Shown here piece by piece: positions 24,591 through 36,442 of a stretch of DNA of 64,000 bases (position 1 is its first letter; each line of letters starts with the position of its first letter). Origin of the DNA: Chiloscyllium plagiosum. Its lineage: Eukaryota. The position numbers and the translations under genes were made by a program. The stretch is from assembly GCF_004010195.1 (NCBI RefSeq), contig NC_057718.1, positions 96,580,230-96,644,229 of the forward strand. The letters run 5' to 3'. The notes under the pieces were generated by a model. It searched no databases. It was not told the DNA's origin and saw only the letters and a list, made by a program, of their open reading frames with translations.

Positions 24591-25000
24591 CAAAATCCTT
24601 CCTGCATTTATACCATTTAGTTCTGTTCTATGAGATTCCCCCTCATTCTTCTAAATCCAGTTAATATAGTCCTAACCAATCCAGTCTCTCTTTATATATT
24701 ACTCCTGCTGTCCCAAGAATCAGTCTAATAAACTTTCCTTTCATTCTCTCCGTAGCCATGACATCCTTGTTTATGTAAGGAGACCAAAGGTGCACACAGT
24801 ACTCCAGCTGTAGTCTCACCAAGACCCTGCACAATTGCAGCAGGACATCCCTGCTCCAGTAATCAAATTGTCTTGCTTTGAAGGCCAATATACAACTTAT
24901 CTTCTTCACCACCTGCTTGTTCTGCATGCTTACCTTCAACAACTGGTACACAAGGACACCCAGGTCTTATTGCACCTCCCTTTCACCAAACTATCACCTT

Positions 25001-25546
25001 TGAAATAACTCCACAGAAGCCGATAGCCCAACACCAAGTCACCCCTTATTTACACATGAACAATCCTTGACTTTAGTACTGCCTTGTTCATAGTCAGCTG
25101 CAAGAGATTAGATTAGAGATTTATTCCCTACAGTGTGGAAACAGGCCCTTCAGCCCAACGAGTCCACACCAACCCTCCGAAGAGCAACCCACCCAGACAC
25201 ATTCCCCTACATTTACCCCTGACTAATCCACCTAATACTACAGGCAATGTAACAAGGCCAATTCACCTGACCTGCACATCTTTGGACTGTGGGAGGAAAC
25301 CGGAGCACCCAGAGGAAACCCACGCAAACACGGGGATGATGTGCAAACTCCACGCAGATAGTTGCCCGAGGCGGGAATTGAACCTGGGTCCCTGGCGCTG
25401 TGTGGCAGTGACAGTACTGAGTGTCAGTATCTTTGACACTCAAGCTTTTTGGGTCAGGGCTCCCTAAATGGACCAGGTTAACAGCCCCAATCAGAAAACT
25501 CATATTCTATGAGATCCACCTTGCTGACCTCGCTAGAGTTACTACA
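25001..25546. mobile_element. Probable solo LTR containing HE1 SINE
   Basis: TG...TACA-bounded non-CR1 segment splitting the CR1. Confidence 0.4.
25108..25410 (-). mobile_element. HE1 SINE, near full length
   Basis: (TTAGA)n tail, CR1-like 3' end, V-domain, B box. Confidence 0.9.
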
Positions 25547-26979
25547 AACGTCAGATTATAATCCACCTTCTTGTTTTTGCTACAAAAGTGGATAACCTCA
25601 CATTGATCCACACTATACTTTACCTTCCATGCTTTCGCACTCCATCCCCAACCCCCTTCGTTCAACTTGACTAAATCACAGACTAAAGCATCTTGGTATC
25701 TCCCCTCCCAATTCACCCTGCCACCCAGCTTTGTTTCATGAGCAAACCTGGAGATATTACATTTATTCCTTCACCTTGAATTTGCTTCAAACAATCACTG
25801 TGACATTGAGGTGAAGAATCTTAACATTATTTAACTGAAGGTTAATTTGAGTTTATTAATGGATTTCCTGCTGACTGCATAATATGAACAGCCTTGAGAT
25901 ATGCTCTTTCCACAAAGGAAAATTTCTTTCTCCTATCAATTTTACCAAACCTTACATAATGTTAAGAGCTCTATTAAGTGGCCCCTCAGCCTTCTGGTTT
26001 TGAAATCATTACCACTAGCTTTGCAACCTCTTGCAAACTCAGCATTTACCTTTTTTTAAGAATCATCTTCACCCTCCAACACTGCAGGAGGGGATAGAAC
26101 TGGAATGTAGCACTCAGGGGAAAACTTAGCTTTTGCTTCATTGGAATGGCGGAACAGACTTGGAGGACCATATGACCTATTCCTCTTATTATTTCTTGTG
26201 TTTTCATGCAAGGTAATGACCTCTTTGTCACCGAAAGCCTCAATTCCTCACCTATTCCTCACTTGCCTTGGAAAGGTTACAACCAAACTGTTGTTTTCTC
26301 TACCTCCTGATGCTGCTTGGCTTGCTGTGTTCTTCCAGCCTCCTATTTGTCTACATCCGAATGGTAAAAGGCAGAAGTTTTTGTTTCCACTAATTTGAAG
26401 GCACAATCAAAAGTGCGAGTGGGGAAATCTCGCTTGCTAAATGGTCTCATGGTGACCTTTTGGTCCATGGCCTGCCTTAGTTGATAATGTTGCTCTGTGC
26501 AACTTCAGAGAACAAGACCTTAGGTTGAAACTTACAGCGCCCCTCCATAACAAGGGATATGGAAAAAGAGGTGAGACCATTGTGTGAGAATTCAGGCAAA
26601 GCCTTTCTCAATGTCAGTAGCAACTCTATGCATTTTCAAATAGAGATCTGGGTGTAGGGGCAAGTTGCTCACTGGGGAGCGGTGAATTGTCACTTGCAAT
26701 GAAGATGCAGTTGGACTAGTCTCTGTGAAGGACTTCCTGTACAATCTGGACAGAGTGTTCTGCACCATCCTGGTGTGCTGTGTTCTATACAACTGGCACC
26801 AGTAATAAGGCAATGTACTGGATGCTGAGGAACTGGGGAAATGGGAGCAGTCTTCTGAAGAGTTACATTGGACTCAAAGTGATTTTCTGATTTTATTTCC
26901 AATTTACAACATTCACAGTATTTGTTTTAATCCACAATTTAGCCCCAGATTTTCTGATGGTTAGTTCCAGTTCCATTCA

Positions 26980-27242
26980 TTGACTCTTCCATCTATTGAC
27001 TCCGTCTATACTTACTGGTGCCTAAGTAAAGCAAGCAACACAATCAAAAACCCGTCCCGCCCCAGCTGTACTCTCGTCCACTCTCTTCAGTCAGGCAGAA
27101 GATATAAAAGTTTGAATACACATACAAACAGATTCAAGAACAGCTTCTTCCCCACTGTTTTCAGAGTTCTGAGTGGAACTCTCAAATTTCAAACCTGATG
27201 TTGATCTCACTCTCTATGCACCTCCTCTGCAGTCATAACATT
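26980..27242 (+). mobile_element. Rex1/Babar-type LINE 3' fragment
   Basis: LPSIDSVY..SLQSGRRYKSLNTHTNRFKNSFFPTVFRVL. Confidence 0.7.
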
Positions 27243-27690
27243 GTGGGACGGGCTGCCAGAGGTAGTGGTGGAAGCGAGCACAATTTCATCATTTGAGAAA
27301 CGTTTAGACAGATACACAAATGGCATGGGTACGGAGAGATGTAGACCAAGCGCAGGTAAATGGAACTAGTTTAAATTGTGTAAACTGGGCTGGCAGGGTC
27401 AAGTTGGGCTGAAGGGCCTGTTTCCACACTGTTGACTTCTATGATTCCTCTATGACGCTATGATGAATCTGTGGAACTAAGTGCCACAGAAGAGTGTGGA
27501 AGCCAAGTCATTGAGTGTCTTTAAGACAGAGAAAGATAGATTATTCATCAATAAGAGGGTCAAGGGTTATGGGGAGAAGTCAGGAAAATGGGATTGAGAA
27601 ACATATCAGCCATGGTTGAATGGCAGAGGCAATTTGATGGGCCAAACAGCCTAACTCTACTCCTATATCTGATGGCCTTCTGGTCTTATG
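27243..27690 (+). mobile_element. Two tandem CR1 3' ends
   Basis: GAAGGGCCTGTTTCCACACTG tail at ~27420 and second GGCCAAACAGCCTAACTC..TCTTATG tail at ~27690. Confidence 0.75.
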
Positions 27691-27768
27691 AGATAAATGC
27701 CCAAACACTTGTGCAAAGATGCAACTTTTAAGAAGTTTCTTAAATGGTCAGGGAGCATGGCAGCAAAG

Positions 27769-28115
27769 GGGGAGGTGATGGCCTAGTGGCATTATCACTG
27801 GCCTCTTAATCCAGAGACCAGCTAATGTCTGGGGAGCCGGGTTCGAATCCCACCACGGCAGATGGTGGAATTTGAATTCAACAGAAAAATCTGGAGTTAA
27901 GAGTCTAATGATGATCATAAATCCATTACCGATTGTTGGGAAAACCCATCTGGTTCACTATTGTCCTTCAGGGAAGGAAACTGCCAGCCTTACCTGGTCT
28001 GGCCTGCATGTGACTCCAGAATGTGGTTGACTCTTAACTACCCTCTGGATAATTAGGGACGGGCAATAAATGTTGGCCTAACCAGCAACACCCTCATCCC
28101 ATGAATGAGAAAGAA
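27769..28115 (+). mobile_element. tRNA-derived SINE family 2, near full length
   Basis: A box TGGCCTAGTGG, B box GGTTCGAATCC, 3' tail shared with LINE family B. Confidence 0.85.
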
Positions 28116-28559
28116 AGTTCATACAAGAGACCAGTTTGTAGTGCTGAAAGTGGTTATAAAGACAGGAATGAATGTGGCTATCAAGGTATTCAAAGAGAAG
28201 GTGAGAATTTCACACCCAAATGAATGAGGAACATATCAAAATCGGCAGCAGCTCCATATGGTTGGTAAATCTTAATTTGAAGACGCTTTCAACATAATGC
28301 TTTAAATGTGTCCTGTCAATATTGGCTCCATGCATAACTGTGGCTTTCTGGGAATGTGTATTAAAGAAAGCGAATGTACACCAATCAGCACGAAATAGTG
28401 AATTAAAAAGCTACAGATGCTGCCTGACCTGCTGAGTGGTCCCAGCATTCTCCTGTGCTTTCTTTTTTGCTTTTACAACCTACTGGTGGCATAGCGAGTA
28501 TGTTAATAGGAAGCATCTTTTATCAAACCACTGCTATGCATCTCTATAAAAACATTGAT

Positions 28560-29580
28560 CTTGTTGGGAAAAAATGTTTTCTTTAAGCGACCACATGAGG
28601 TCAGGTTTACCACCGACTGTTTCAGCCATTAATGTGAATGATTTGAGCTGTTTTTGGCACTCAGCACAGCCCAGGTGGCCATCTGGCCTGATTCACAGAC
28701 AATTTTGACCGAATTCCTTTGCATCTGGGAGTGGCGACCCTCCTGTATCCAACTAATTGTATTGCATTGTCTCTTTCTTGTAAGCAGCTTTCCGCTCATC
28801 AAAAAGGTTGCAACTATCCCGTGCGCTGCACTCCAGAGTCTCAATTGACCCCCTTAACCCCGATTGGATGCATGTGGTTTGGGTTAGGTCCGACACCCAA
28901 CTGTGGGCCCATTAGCACATTGTCGTAAAACGAAAACTGTTTTGACGGGCTGTAATTGGTGCTAAGTGATATCGAACAATGGCTCCCTTGTAAGTTGCAA
29001 ATCCAGGGGCTGCGGTTTAGGGCGAGCAGGGATGAACAATGGAGCTGTTCTCATAGCTCCAATCAGTCAGATTTTACTGGAGATAAATATGAGACCATTA
29101 CCATCATTCAAGGTATTAGACATGTGGGGTGACATGGGGACAAGCAACTGAACGGCAGCTTGCAAGTGGGAGTCAGGTTCAGTTATTGGAAAAATGTATG
29201 CAATTAAGGGACTTTGCTACTTCATAAATTTTGTCTGTCTAACTTTTTTTCCGAATGTGACCATCTCTTTTGTTTTTGAACCGGACTGTGAAGGATTCTC
29301 TTTCTTAAGGAACCATGCCGGAGCGTCATTCTGTGCTTCCAAATCATTGCTAAACCATAGGTGAACAATTAGCAGCGTGCAAAGTCACAAGTGCATTTGC
29401 TTGTACTGTAACTTTGGAGTTGACACATGGTGAGTGTAAAAACAGTGGAATCTGCTGCTGCAGCCCAGCACACATGTGAAGAGATTTTGGATGATAGTCA
29501 GAAGAAATAATATTCATTTTTTTAAACGAAGTAACATTTTAATAATTCATTTTCTGTTTGGCTAATTAAGCGATGCCTCT
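28560..29580. promoter_or_regulatory. Candidate conserved enhancer (CNE)
   Basis: ~1 kb repeat-free, CpG-retaining; GTCGTAAAA (28922), AACAATGG x2 (28975, 29035), TAATTG (28953). Confidence 0.5.
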
Positions 29581-29894
29581 GTTCTAAAATTCTCACCCGT
29601 GGTTTCTCTCTGTGGCCTCAATACCTTCTTTCATCCCGCATTTCCCCCAAGCTTACCCCATCTCTCCAGGCTCACGACGCCCCCGAGACACCGGCATTCC
29701 CAATTCCAGCCTCTTGTGCACAGGAAGATAGGAAATAGGAGCGGCAGTAAGCCATTCAACCCTTCAAGCCTTTTTCTCCATTCGAACAGATTAGCCTGCT
29801 TTTCATCGATGGTCATGCTTCAGTGGCCAGATCCCAAGCTCTACCCCCTGCAATACTCTGGTCCCTTAAAGACACAAGACCTCCTTAAAGGAAG

Positions 29895-30370
29895 GGTATT
29901 ATTAAACTGGAGAGGATTCTGAAAAGATTTACCAGAATGTTGCCAGGAATGGAGGGTTTGAGACCTAAGGGTAGACTGGAGCGTAGGAGGTTGAGGGGCC
30001 ACCCTATTGAGGTTTATAAAATCATGAGGGGCATAGACAAAGTAAATGACAAAGGTCCTTTCCCTCCAGTAGGGGAGTTAAAAGCTAGGGGGCTTTTTAA
30101 GGTGTGAGGAGAAAGACTTTAAAAGGACACAGGGCAACTTTTTTACACAAACAGTGGTTCATGAGTGGAATGAATTTCCAGAGGAATTGGTGGATGCAGG
30201 GGCAGTTACATTGCTAAAAAGACGTGAACTTGGATACGTTCATGAATAAGAAAGGTTTGGAGGGATATGGACCAAATGTAGGCAGATGGGACTAGTTTTG
30301 ACTCAGAACGTGGTCAGCATGAACTGGTTGGACCGAAGTGTCTGTTTCCATGTTGTATGACTTTGTGACT
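29895..30370 (+). mobile_element. CR1 3' fragment
   Basis: ORF2 C-terminal remnant and TGTTTCCATGTTGTATGACT tail. Confidence 0.85.
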
Positions 30371-30372
30371 AA

Positions 30373-31110
30373 TTGTAGACAGACAGGAGGCTGGAAGAAC
30401 ACAGCAAGCCAAGCAGCATCAGGAGGTGCGGAAGTCGACATTTTACGTGTAACCCTTCAGGACTGGGATGGGTGTAGTGGGTGCTGCAGATAAAGTTGGT
30501 GGGGGGTAGAGTGATGAAGTGGTGATAGGTGAAGACAGGTAGAGGATACGACCTGGTTGGACAATGGGAGGAATGAATCCAGTTGGTGACAGGGAAAAGT
30601 GGAAGGGATGGGGAGGGGCTAGGAAGGGAGTCTGGGGATGGAGGGGGAGGTTATTTGAAGTCGGAGAACTTAATGTTGAATCCTCCGGGCTGTAGGCTGT
30701 CCAGGTGCAAGATGAGGTGTTGTTCTTCCAATGGGCGCTGTGGTTTGTTTTGGCAATAGAAGAGGCCAAGGTTGGTCATGTCAGAAAGGGAGTGGTTGGG
30801 GGAATTGAAATGGGTGGCGACTGGGACATCTGGTTGGCCCCCTGTGGACCCAGCTGCAATGCTCACCGAACCGTTCCCTAAACTTACGTTCGGTCTCCCC
30901 GATGTAGAGAAGACCACATCGGGAGTACTTGATGCAGTAAACTAGGTTGAAGGAGAGGCAGGTGAACCTCTGTCTCAACTGGAAGGTCTGTTTGGGGCCC
31001 TGGATGGAGATGAGGGCAGCAGGTTTTGCATCTCCTCTGGTTGCAGGGAGGTACCTAGGGGTTTGGTGGGGGGCGGTGGCATGAACCAAGGATTGTTGGA
31101 GGGAGCGGTC
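30373..31110 (-). mobile_element. Penelope-like element 3' part (GIY-YIG + terminal repeat)
   Basis: FTCLSFNLVYCIKYSRCGLLYIGETERKFRERFGEH and PVATHFNS..EEQHLILHLDSLQPGGFNI; decayed hammerhead AGTC-CTGAAG..AAAATGTC-GACT downstream. Confidence 0.92.
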
Positions 31111-31139
31111 TAAGTCTAATTGGCCAGTTTTTTAGTCAC

Positions 31140-31640
31140 TTGTATAAATTATTGCTGTTGAGGCCATATCTGGAGTACTGTGAACAGTTTTGGTCTTATT
31201 TCAGAAAGGACATCATTTCTTTGGAGGCAGTTCACAGAACATCCACTCGGATAATCCCCAGTATTGAGGGATTGTCTTACGAGCAAAGGTGAAACAAGTT
31301 GGGACTCTGCTCACTGGAGTATAGAAGGATGGCCGGTGATCCAATTGAAATATATCGGATCCTTACGGGGCTTTAGTCAATGCTGAGAGGATATTTCCCC
31401 TCATGGGAGAGTCTGGGTTCAGAGGTCATAGTCTCAGAATAAAAGGATGCCAATTCAAGACTGAAATGGGGAGGAATTTCTTCGCTTGGAGAGTTGTGAG
31501 TCTTTGAAACTCTTTGCCATAGAGGCTTGTGGGGACAGAGATTTAGATAGTATATTTGAGGTCGGGTGAGCTGTGATCCTCGTGAGTAGTGGAGTGGTTT
31601 CGAGGGACTGAATGGCTTACTCCACTTCTATTTCTCATGA
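31140..31640 (+). mobile_element. CR1 3' fragment
   Basis: GAGGCCATATCTGGAGTACTGTG..AGGAATTTCTTC..GAATGGCTTACTCC. Confidence 0.8.
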
Positions 31641-31785
31641 TGTGGAGCTGCTGGTGTTAAACTGGGTTGGACAAGGTCAAAAATCACACAAAAACAGGTG
31701 CTAAGAAGGAGTGAGGTTCTGAAAGGTTGTGATTTCAAATAAACCTGTGGGATGATAACCCAGTGCCATCTGATTTTTGACCTTG
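31640..31785. mobile_element. Fold-back Penelope-like terminal element (family 2), decayed
   Basis: GACAAGGTCAAAAATCA / TGATTTTTGACCTTGTC arms; TCTATTTCT(C/T)ATG duplication at 31627/31786. Confidence 0.7.
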
Positions 31786-32516
31786 TCTATTTCTTATGGT
31801 CTTATATAATGCAGTATCTAACTTTGCTTCCTTTCTTTAATTCTTTCAAAATTGCAGAAGAGACTAGAAAGTCCAACATTTGTTGCCCATTCCTAATTGT
31901 CCTTAAACAGAATGACTTTTAAAACATAGGCCATCTGCGGGCAGTTCCATGCCAACTTTAGAATTATAGAATTCCTACAATGTGGAAAAAGGCCAGAGAG
32001 TCACAGAGTCATACAGCACGGAAACAGACCCTTTGGTCCAACAGTCCATGGCGACGATAATCCCAAACTAAACTAGTCCCACCAACTGTCTGTGCTTGTC
32101 CCATCAACTCGGGGCAAATGTAGCATACTGAGCAAATTCTTTATCACCTGACTATGTTCCCCAAATATGTTCGGAGCTGGAACCCATCTTAAAGGCTGGT
32201 GACTGGGTGGGAAAACTCCCTCTGGACCTGATGATGACATCGCTAGGGAAGCAGAGGTGTTGCAACGAGAACCAGAGGGTGAACTGAGCATGCCATCATC
32301 ATATTCAAGGGTCAGCGGGAAGTGAAGGTCCTGACAGATTAAGCCGCCCATGGTTTCTCATCTTATGAGAAGGGACAATGGGAGATACCAACCATTTCTT
32401 CACACCGATTGTTCAAAGATTCACTTGGCCACTTACAATGGACCAAAGGCCACTCATAACATCACTCACAAAGGTATTTATCTTGTGAAAATTCGATGAG
32501 TTGTTTCAACACTTTG

Positions 32517-33724
32517 ACATCCTTCCCTAAAAGAAGGAGACCAGACTGTGTCTCTCATGGATTGAAATGTAACCTCCCTGCTTTGGGATTCAATTACCCT
32601 CAAATGGATCAAATTATAAAGCCCAATCTTAATAAAATCAATCCTACACTCTTGTGAGTGAGTAGCAACAGACTTTATTGAAAATAATTATGTTCAGAGG
32701 ATGTAAGACTGGACATCTTTAGAAATCTTACACACCTAGGCTCCGATTCCACCCAAACTGACACAATTACGGTGAAAATCCTTTAGCACAAGCTCAGTAA
32801 CAATACTTAAAAGTATAATCCACACTAATGTCATAGGTGGCAGAAGCGATGGGAAACCTATTTTCTTTAAACTGCAAGGATTTCTAACTTTCATTGGAAA
32901 ATCATCACTTGAACCATGTTAGGCAGTTTCTATGACAAGGTAAGGGTTCTACAAGCCCTTCTACAACAATGGTGAACCAGTGTAGGCTGGTTCCATGGGC
33001 TGCTCATAAAAGAAATATCCGTGTCAGGAGGGAGATCCCAAATGTACTACTGCCTGGAGGCATGTGACCAACTGTAATAGTCATCTCACATCATTTGAAC
33101 ATCACATCGGACACAGTCTAATTTCAAGCCACATTTTAGGTTGCTTCTCGAGATAGTACACAACCTTTTCAGCTGTTATAACGCACGAGCAAGTCAAGTG
33201 CACAGTCTCCCAATGTTATCAATGAATTGCAGAGGGGAACAAGTGCATGTGCAGCAGATCCCCTTTGTTAACCTGATGAGAGCTGCAATGACGCACAGCA
33301 AATGGTATAACTTAGGTCCATCCGACAGTGCATTATGCAAGTAACTATGACCAGCAACATGATGGCAACTGAAGAAGACATTGCATTGACTACTTGAGCA
33401 AGGTTAATGCTTACAGATTTGAAAGAACTTGACGTGTTGAGGTGATTTTCCAGCAGAACTGACTGAGCCAGTGAGTTAGTACCAGCGAATAGCATGCTGG
33501 CTGCATAAAATATTACCATCTTCTCATGATTTTTTTCACAGGTTTCCAGCAGTGTGGTGCAATCAATCCTATGAGGAGTTTCCTTTCAGTGTCAATTGAA
33601 TAAACACCTCAATTTAATTGGCATTATTCACTCCCATTTTCCAGCGATTAAAAGGAGATGGCAGGAGGTTATGTTTCAATCCATGAGAGACACAGTCTGG
33701 TCTCCTATTTTTAGGGAAGGATGT
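32517..33724. repeat. ~65-bp near-identical inverted repeats 1.1 kb apart
   Basis: 32517-32581 is the reverse complement of 33661-33724 with few differences. Confidence 0.9.
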
Positions 33725-34270
33725 AGGATATTTATATGATGCCACAGAAAGTAAAAGGTCAGGCTGCTCTCTGCTCATCTCATTGTCTTGCCATTGGAAT
33801 TCCCAGAGGGGCACGGTTTTGATTGTCATGAGCTTGTAGTTTGCTTGTAGTATAGTCTAGCACTCTGGAGCTTAGAAGAGTGAGAGGAGATCCAATTGAT
33901 GTCTATAAGCTGCTGAAGGGGATTGACAAAGTAGAGTGTTTCCTCATGTTGGACAATATAGAATGAGGGGGCCTAGTTTTAGACTAAAGGGGTGGCAGAC
34001 TTAAAACAGAGATATGGGGAAATTATTTCCCTCAAAGGGTATTACATCTGTGGGATTCGCTACCACAGAGTGCAGTGGATGCTGGGACATTGAGTAAATT
34101 GAAGGAGGAAATAGACAGATTTTTAATGAGTAATGGGTTGAAGGGTTACGTGGAGCAGGCAGGAAAGTGCAATTGAGGCTGAGGTGAGATTAGCCATGAT
34201 TGCACTGAAGGATTCAGCAGTCTCGAGGGACTGAACGGCCTACTCCTGCTCCTGGCTCTTATCTTCTTTT
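33640..34270 (+). mobile_element. Decayed CR1 3' fragment
   Basis: TTAGAAGAGTGAGAGGAGATC..GAACGGCCTACTCCTGCTCC. Confidence 0.75.
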
Positions 34271-35651
34271 GTTGTAATATTCAATTGTTTTGCATCTGAT
34301 TATGTGATTTATCTGACTGATCTGCACTCACTGTGCTTGTTGCTTAATCCTGGGTGTGAACTCAGAATAAAGTGAACAGACAGTTTGGACCTTGGTCCAA
34401 GGTCAAACCTACATCCAGAACCTCAAACTGAGCTATAAATCTTCTCAAAACTCACTAGTTTAGACCTTACTAGAAGCCAACGTATGGGGATCAGTGAAAT
34501 CAGTACAATAGGTCTCATTAAGTTGTGGCTACTCCTCTGATGCTGAACGAGCTCGATGGTTCCCTGCCAGTTCTGCCACTACAGTGAGGACTTCAGACCC
34601 TCCTTAGAGTGGAATCCTCCAACAGAGTTTAGCCCCACATTAAACATCATCATCAGTCCATGGCAGTGGAAAAAAAAGCCTCAATAGTGTCCATCATCAA
34701 CGAGAACAATATCACCAGCCAATTTCTGATATCCACCAAGCATAAATATTACAAACGTTTTGTCACGAGTTTTCAAGACTGCTATCTCATTGGGATAATC
34801 ACACAGCAATTAGAAACTGCTCACACCTCGTAGTTTATGCCACTTTGTGAATCCCTCAGTTACTGCTCCTCTTTAATCTCACCTTTGTTGAGATCTGTGA
34901 ACTATTTCTATCTCATTTGTTCCACCTTTCTCCCAACTCACTCCCCGCCCCCACAAAAAGTACAGCGATTATTTAACATGCAGAACTCCTGAATCTCTTT
35001 GTGGTAAACGCAGCCCTCCAGTGCTGTTTGATTTGATGTCATTCATTTATGCCTCAATAATTGTGAGTTAGTTTAATGTGAAAGGAGATCAAAGCTTATC
35101 CATTGCAAAAACAAATCATTGAATTTCCTGTAACTTTTAAGGATCTTGAAACCATTTATCAGATCGTGAGGCAAATTGGATTTTTACTGGGAAGCAGAAA
35201 AGGAACAAAAAATAGCTTAACCTTTGAAATATGGTACCATTTTAACACTGCTCCATAATAGATCAGGTTACTGCCTCACAGCTTATTCAGAGAATGTTAT
35301 CAATGAAGAAATATACTTTGTGCTTTGTTCTTTATCTCGACGCTTGATGAAATGCTCAACACTAACATATTGTAAGGATTGTCTTGTTGGTATCGTCTTG
35401 TGGATCAAAGGAAACCTGGTATACTACCTGTTAACCTGTTAAGAACTGGCAACTACTTTGAGCTCTGAAAGTATGCATCTATCCTCTTGTTCTGGAAATA
35501 TCTATAAATGTGATTCTCTATATCACAGTAAGACAGACTGGCACCATGCAGATCTGGTGAAATCAACTGAATCTGAGTGTTTTCAGCCATTCTCAAAGCC
35601 CAAGTCAAATCCAGGTCGCTACATTTGGTCAAATTGCAACAGAGGGAGAGG

Positions 35652-36442
35652 GGTGGCACCGTGGCAGAGTGGCAAGCATTGCTAGCTCATAGCGCCAGAG
35701 TCCTGGGTTTGATTCCAATCTCAGACGAATGTCTGTGTGGACTTTGAATGTTCTTCCTTTGCCTGGGTGGGCTTTCTCCAGGTGCTCCAGTGTCCTCCCA
35801 CAGTCCAAAGATGTATGCTATACTTAGAGGGCTGAGAAATTGGGTTGCTTTCTCTGGAGTGGCTGAGGGAGACTTGATCGAAGTCTATATAATTACGAGA
35901 TGCATAGATAGGGTTGACAGTCATAACCTTTCTCCCAGAGTAAAAATGTCTAATACTAAAGGACGTGCACTTAAGGTGAGAGGGGGAAGCTCAAAGGAGA
36001 TGTGAGGGGTGAGTTGTTTTTCATACAGAGAGTTAAATGTGTCTAGAATGTGCTGCCAGGGGTGGTGGTGGAGGCAGACACAATAGGGGTTTTTAATAGG
36101 GCTTTTAGATAAGCACGTGAATATGTAAGGAATGGAAGGATATGGACCAAGGGCAGGCAGAAAGGGTTAGTTCAATTTGATGTCATGTTTGGAACAACAT
36201 CGTGAGCCGAAGGGCTTGTTCCAGTGCCGTACGGTTCTATGTTCTATGTGCAGGTAGGGTGGATTGCCTATGTTACGTTGTCCTGACACGTCCAGGGATG
36301 TGCAGGCTGGATGGATTAGCCATGGGAAATGTAGGGTTACGGGAGGTAGGGTCAGGAGGTGGGAATTGATGGGATGCTTTTCAGAGGGTCGGTGTGGACT
36401 TATTGGGCCGAATGGCCTGCTTCCACACTGTAATGATTCTAT
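35652..36442 (+). mobile_element. HE1 SINE split by CR1 3' fragment (35826-36245)
   Basis: SINE stops at CAGTCCAAAGATGT and resumes ATGTGCAGGTAGGGTGG after the CR1 (TTCTATG)n tail. Confidence 0.85.

Larger units (their letters stand above)
24595..25775 (-). mobile_element. CR1 fragment interrupted by an LTR-like element and a SINE
   Basis: Minus ORFs VLLQLCRVLVRLQLEYCVHLWSPY and WKVKYSVDQCEVIHF lie either side of 25001-25546. Confidence 0.75.

Noticed and set aside
27769..27860. tRNA gene
   Set aside because: A/B boxes belong to a SINE head with many dispersed copies; no cloverleaf
32582..33660. Transposase between the inverted repeats
   Set aside because: No recognisable DDE or tyrosine-recombinase motifs in any frame I read
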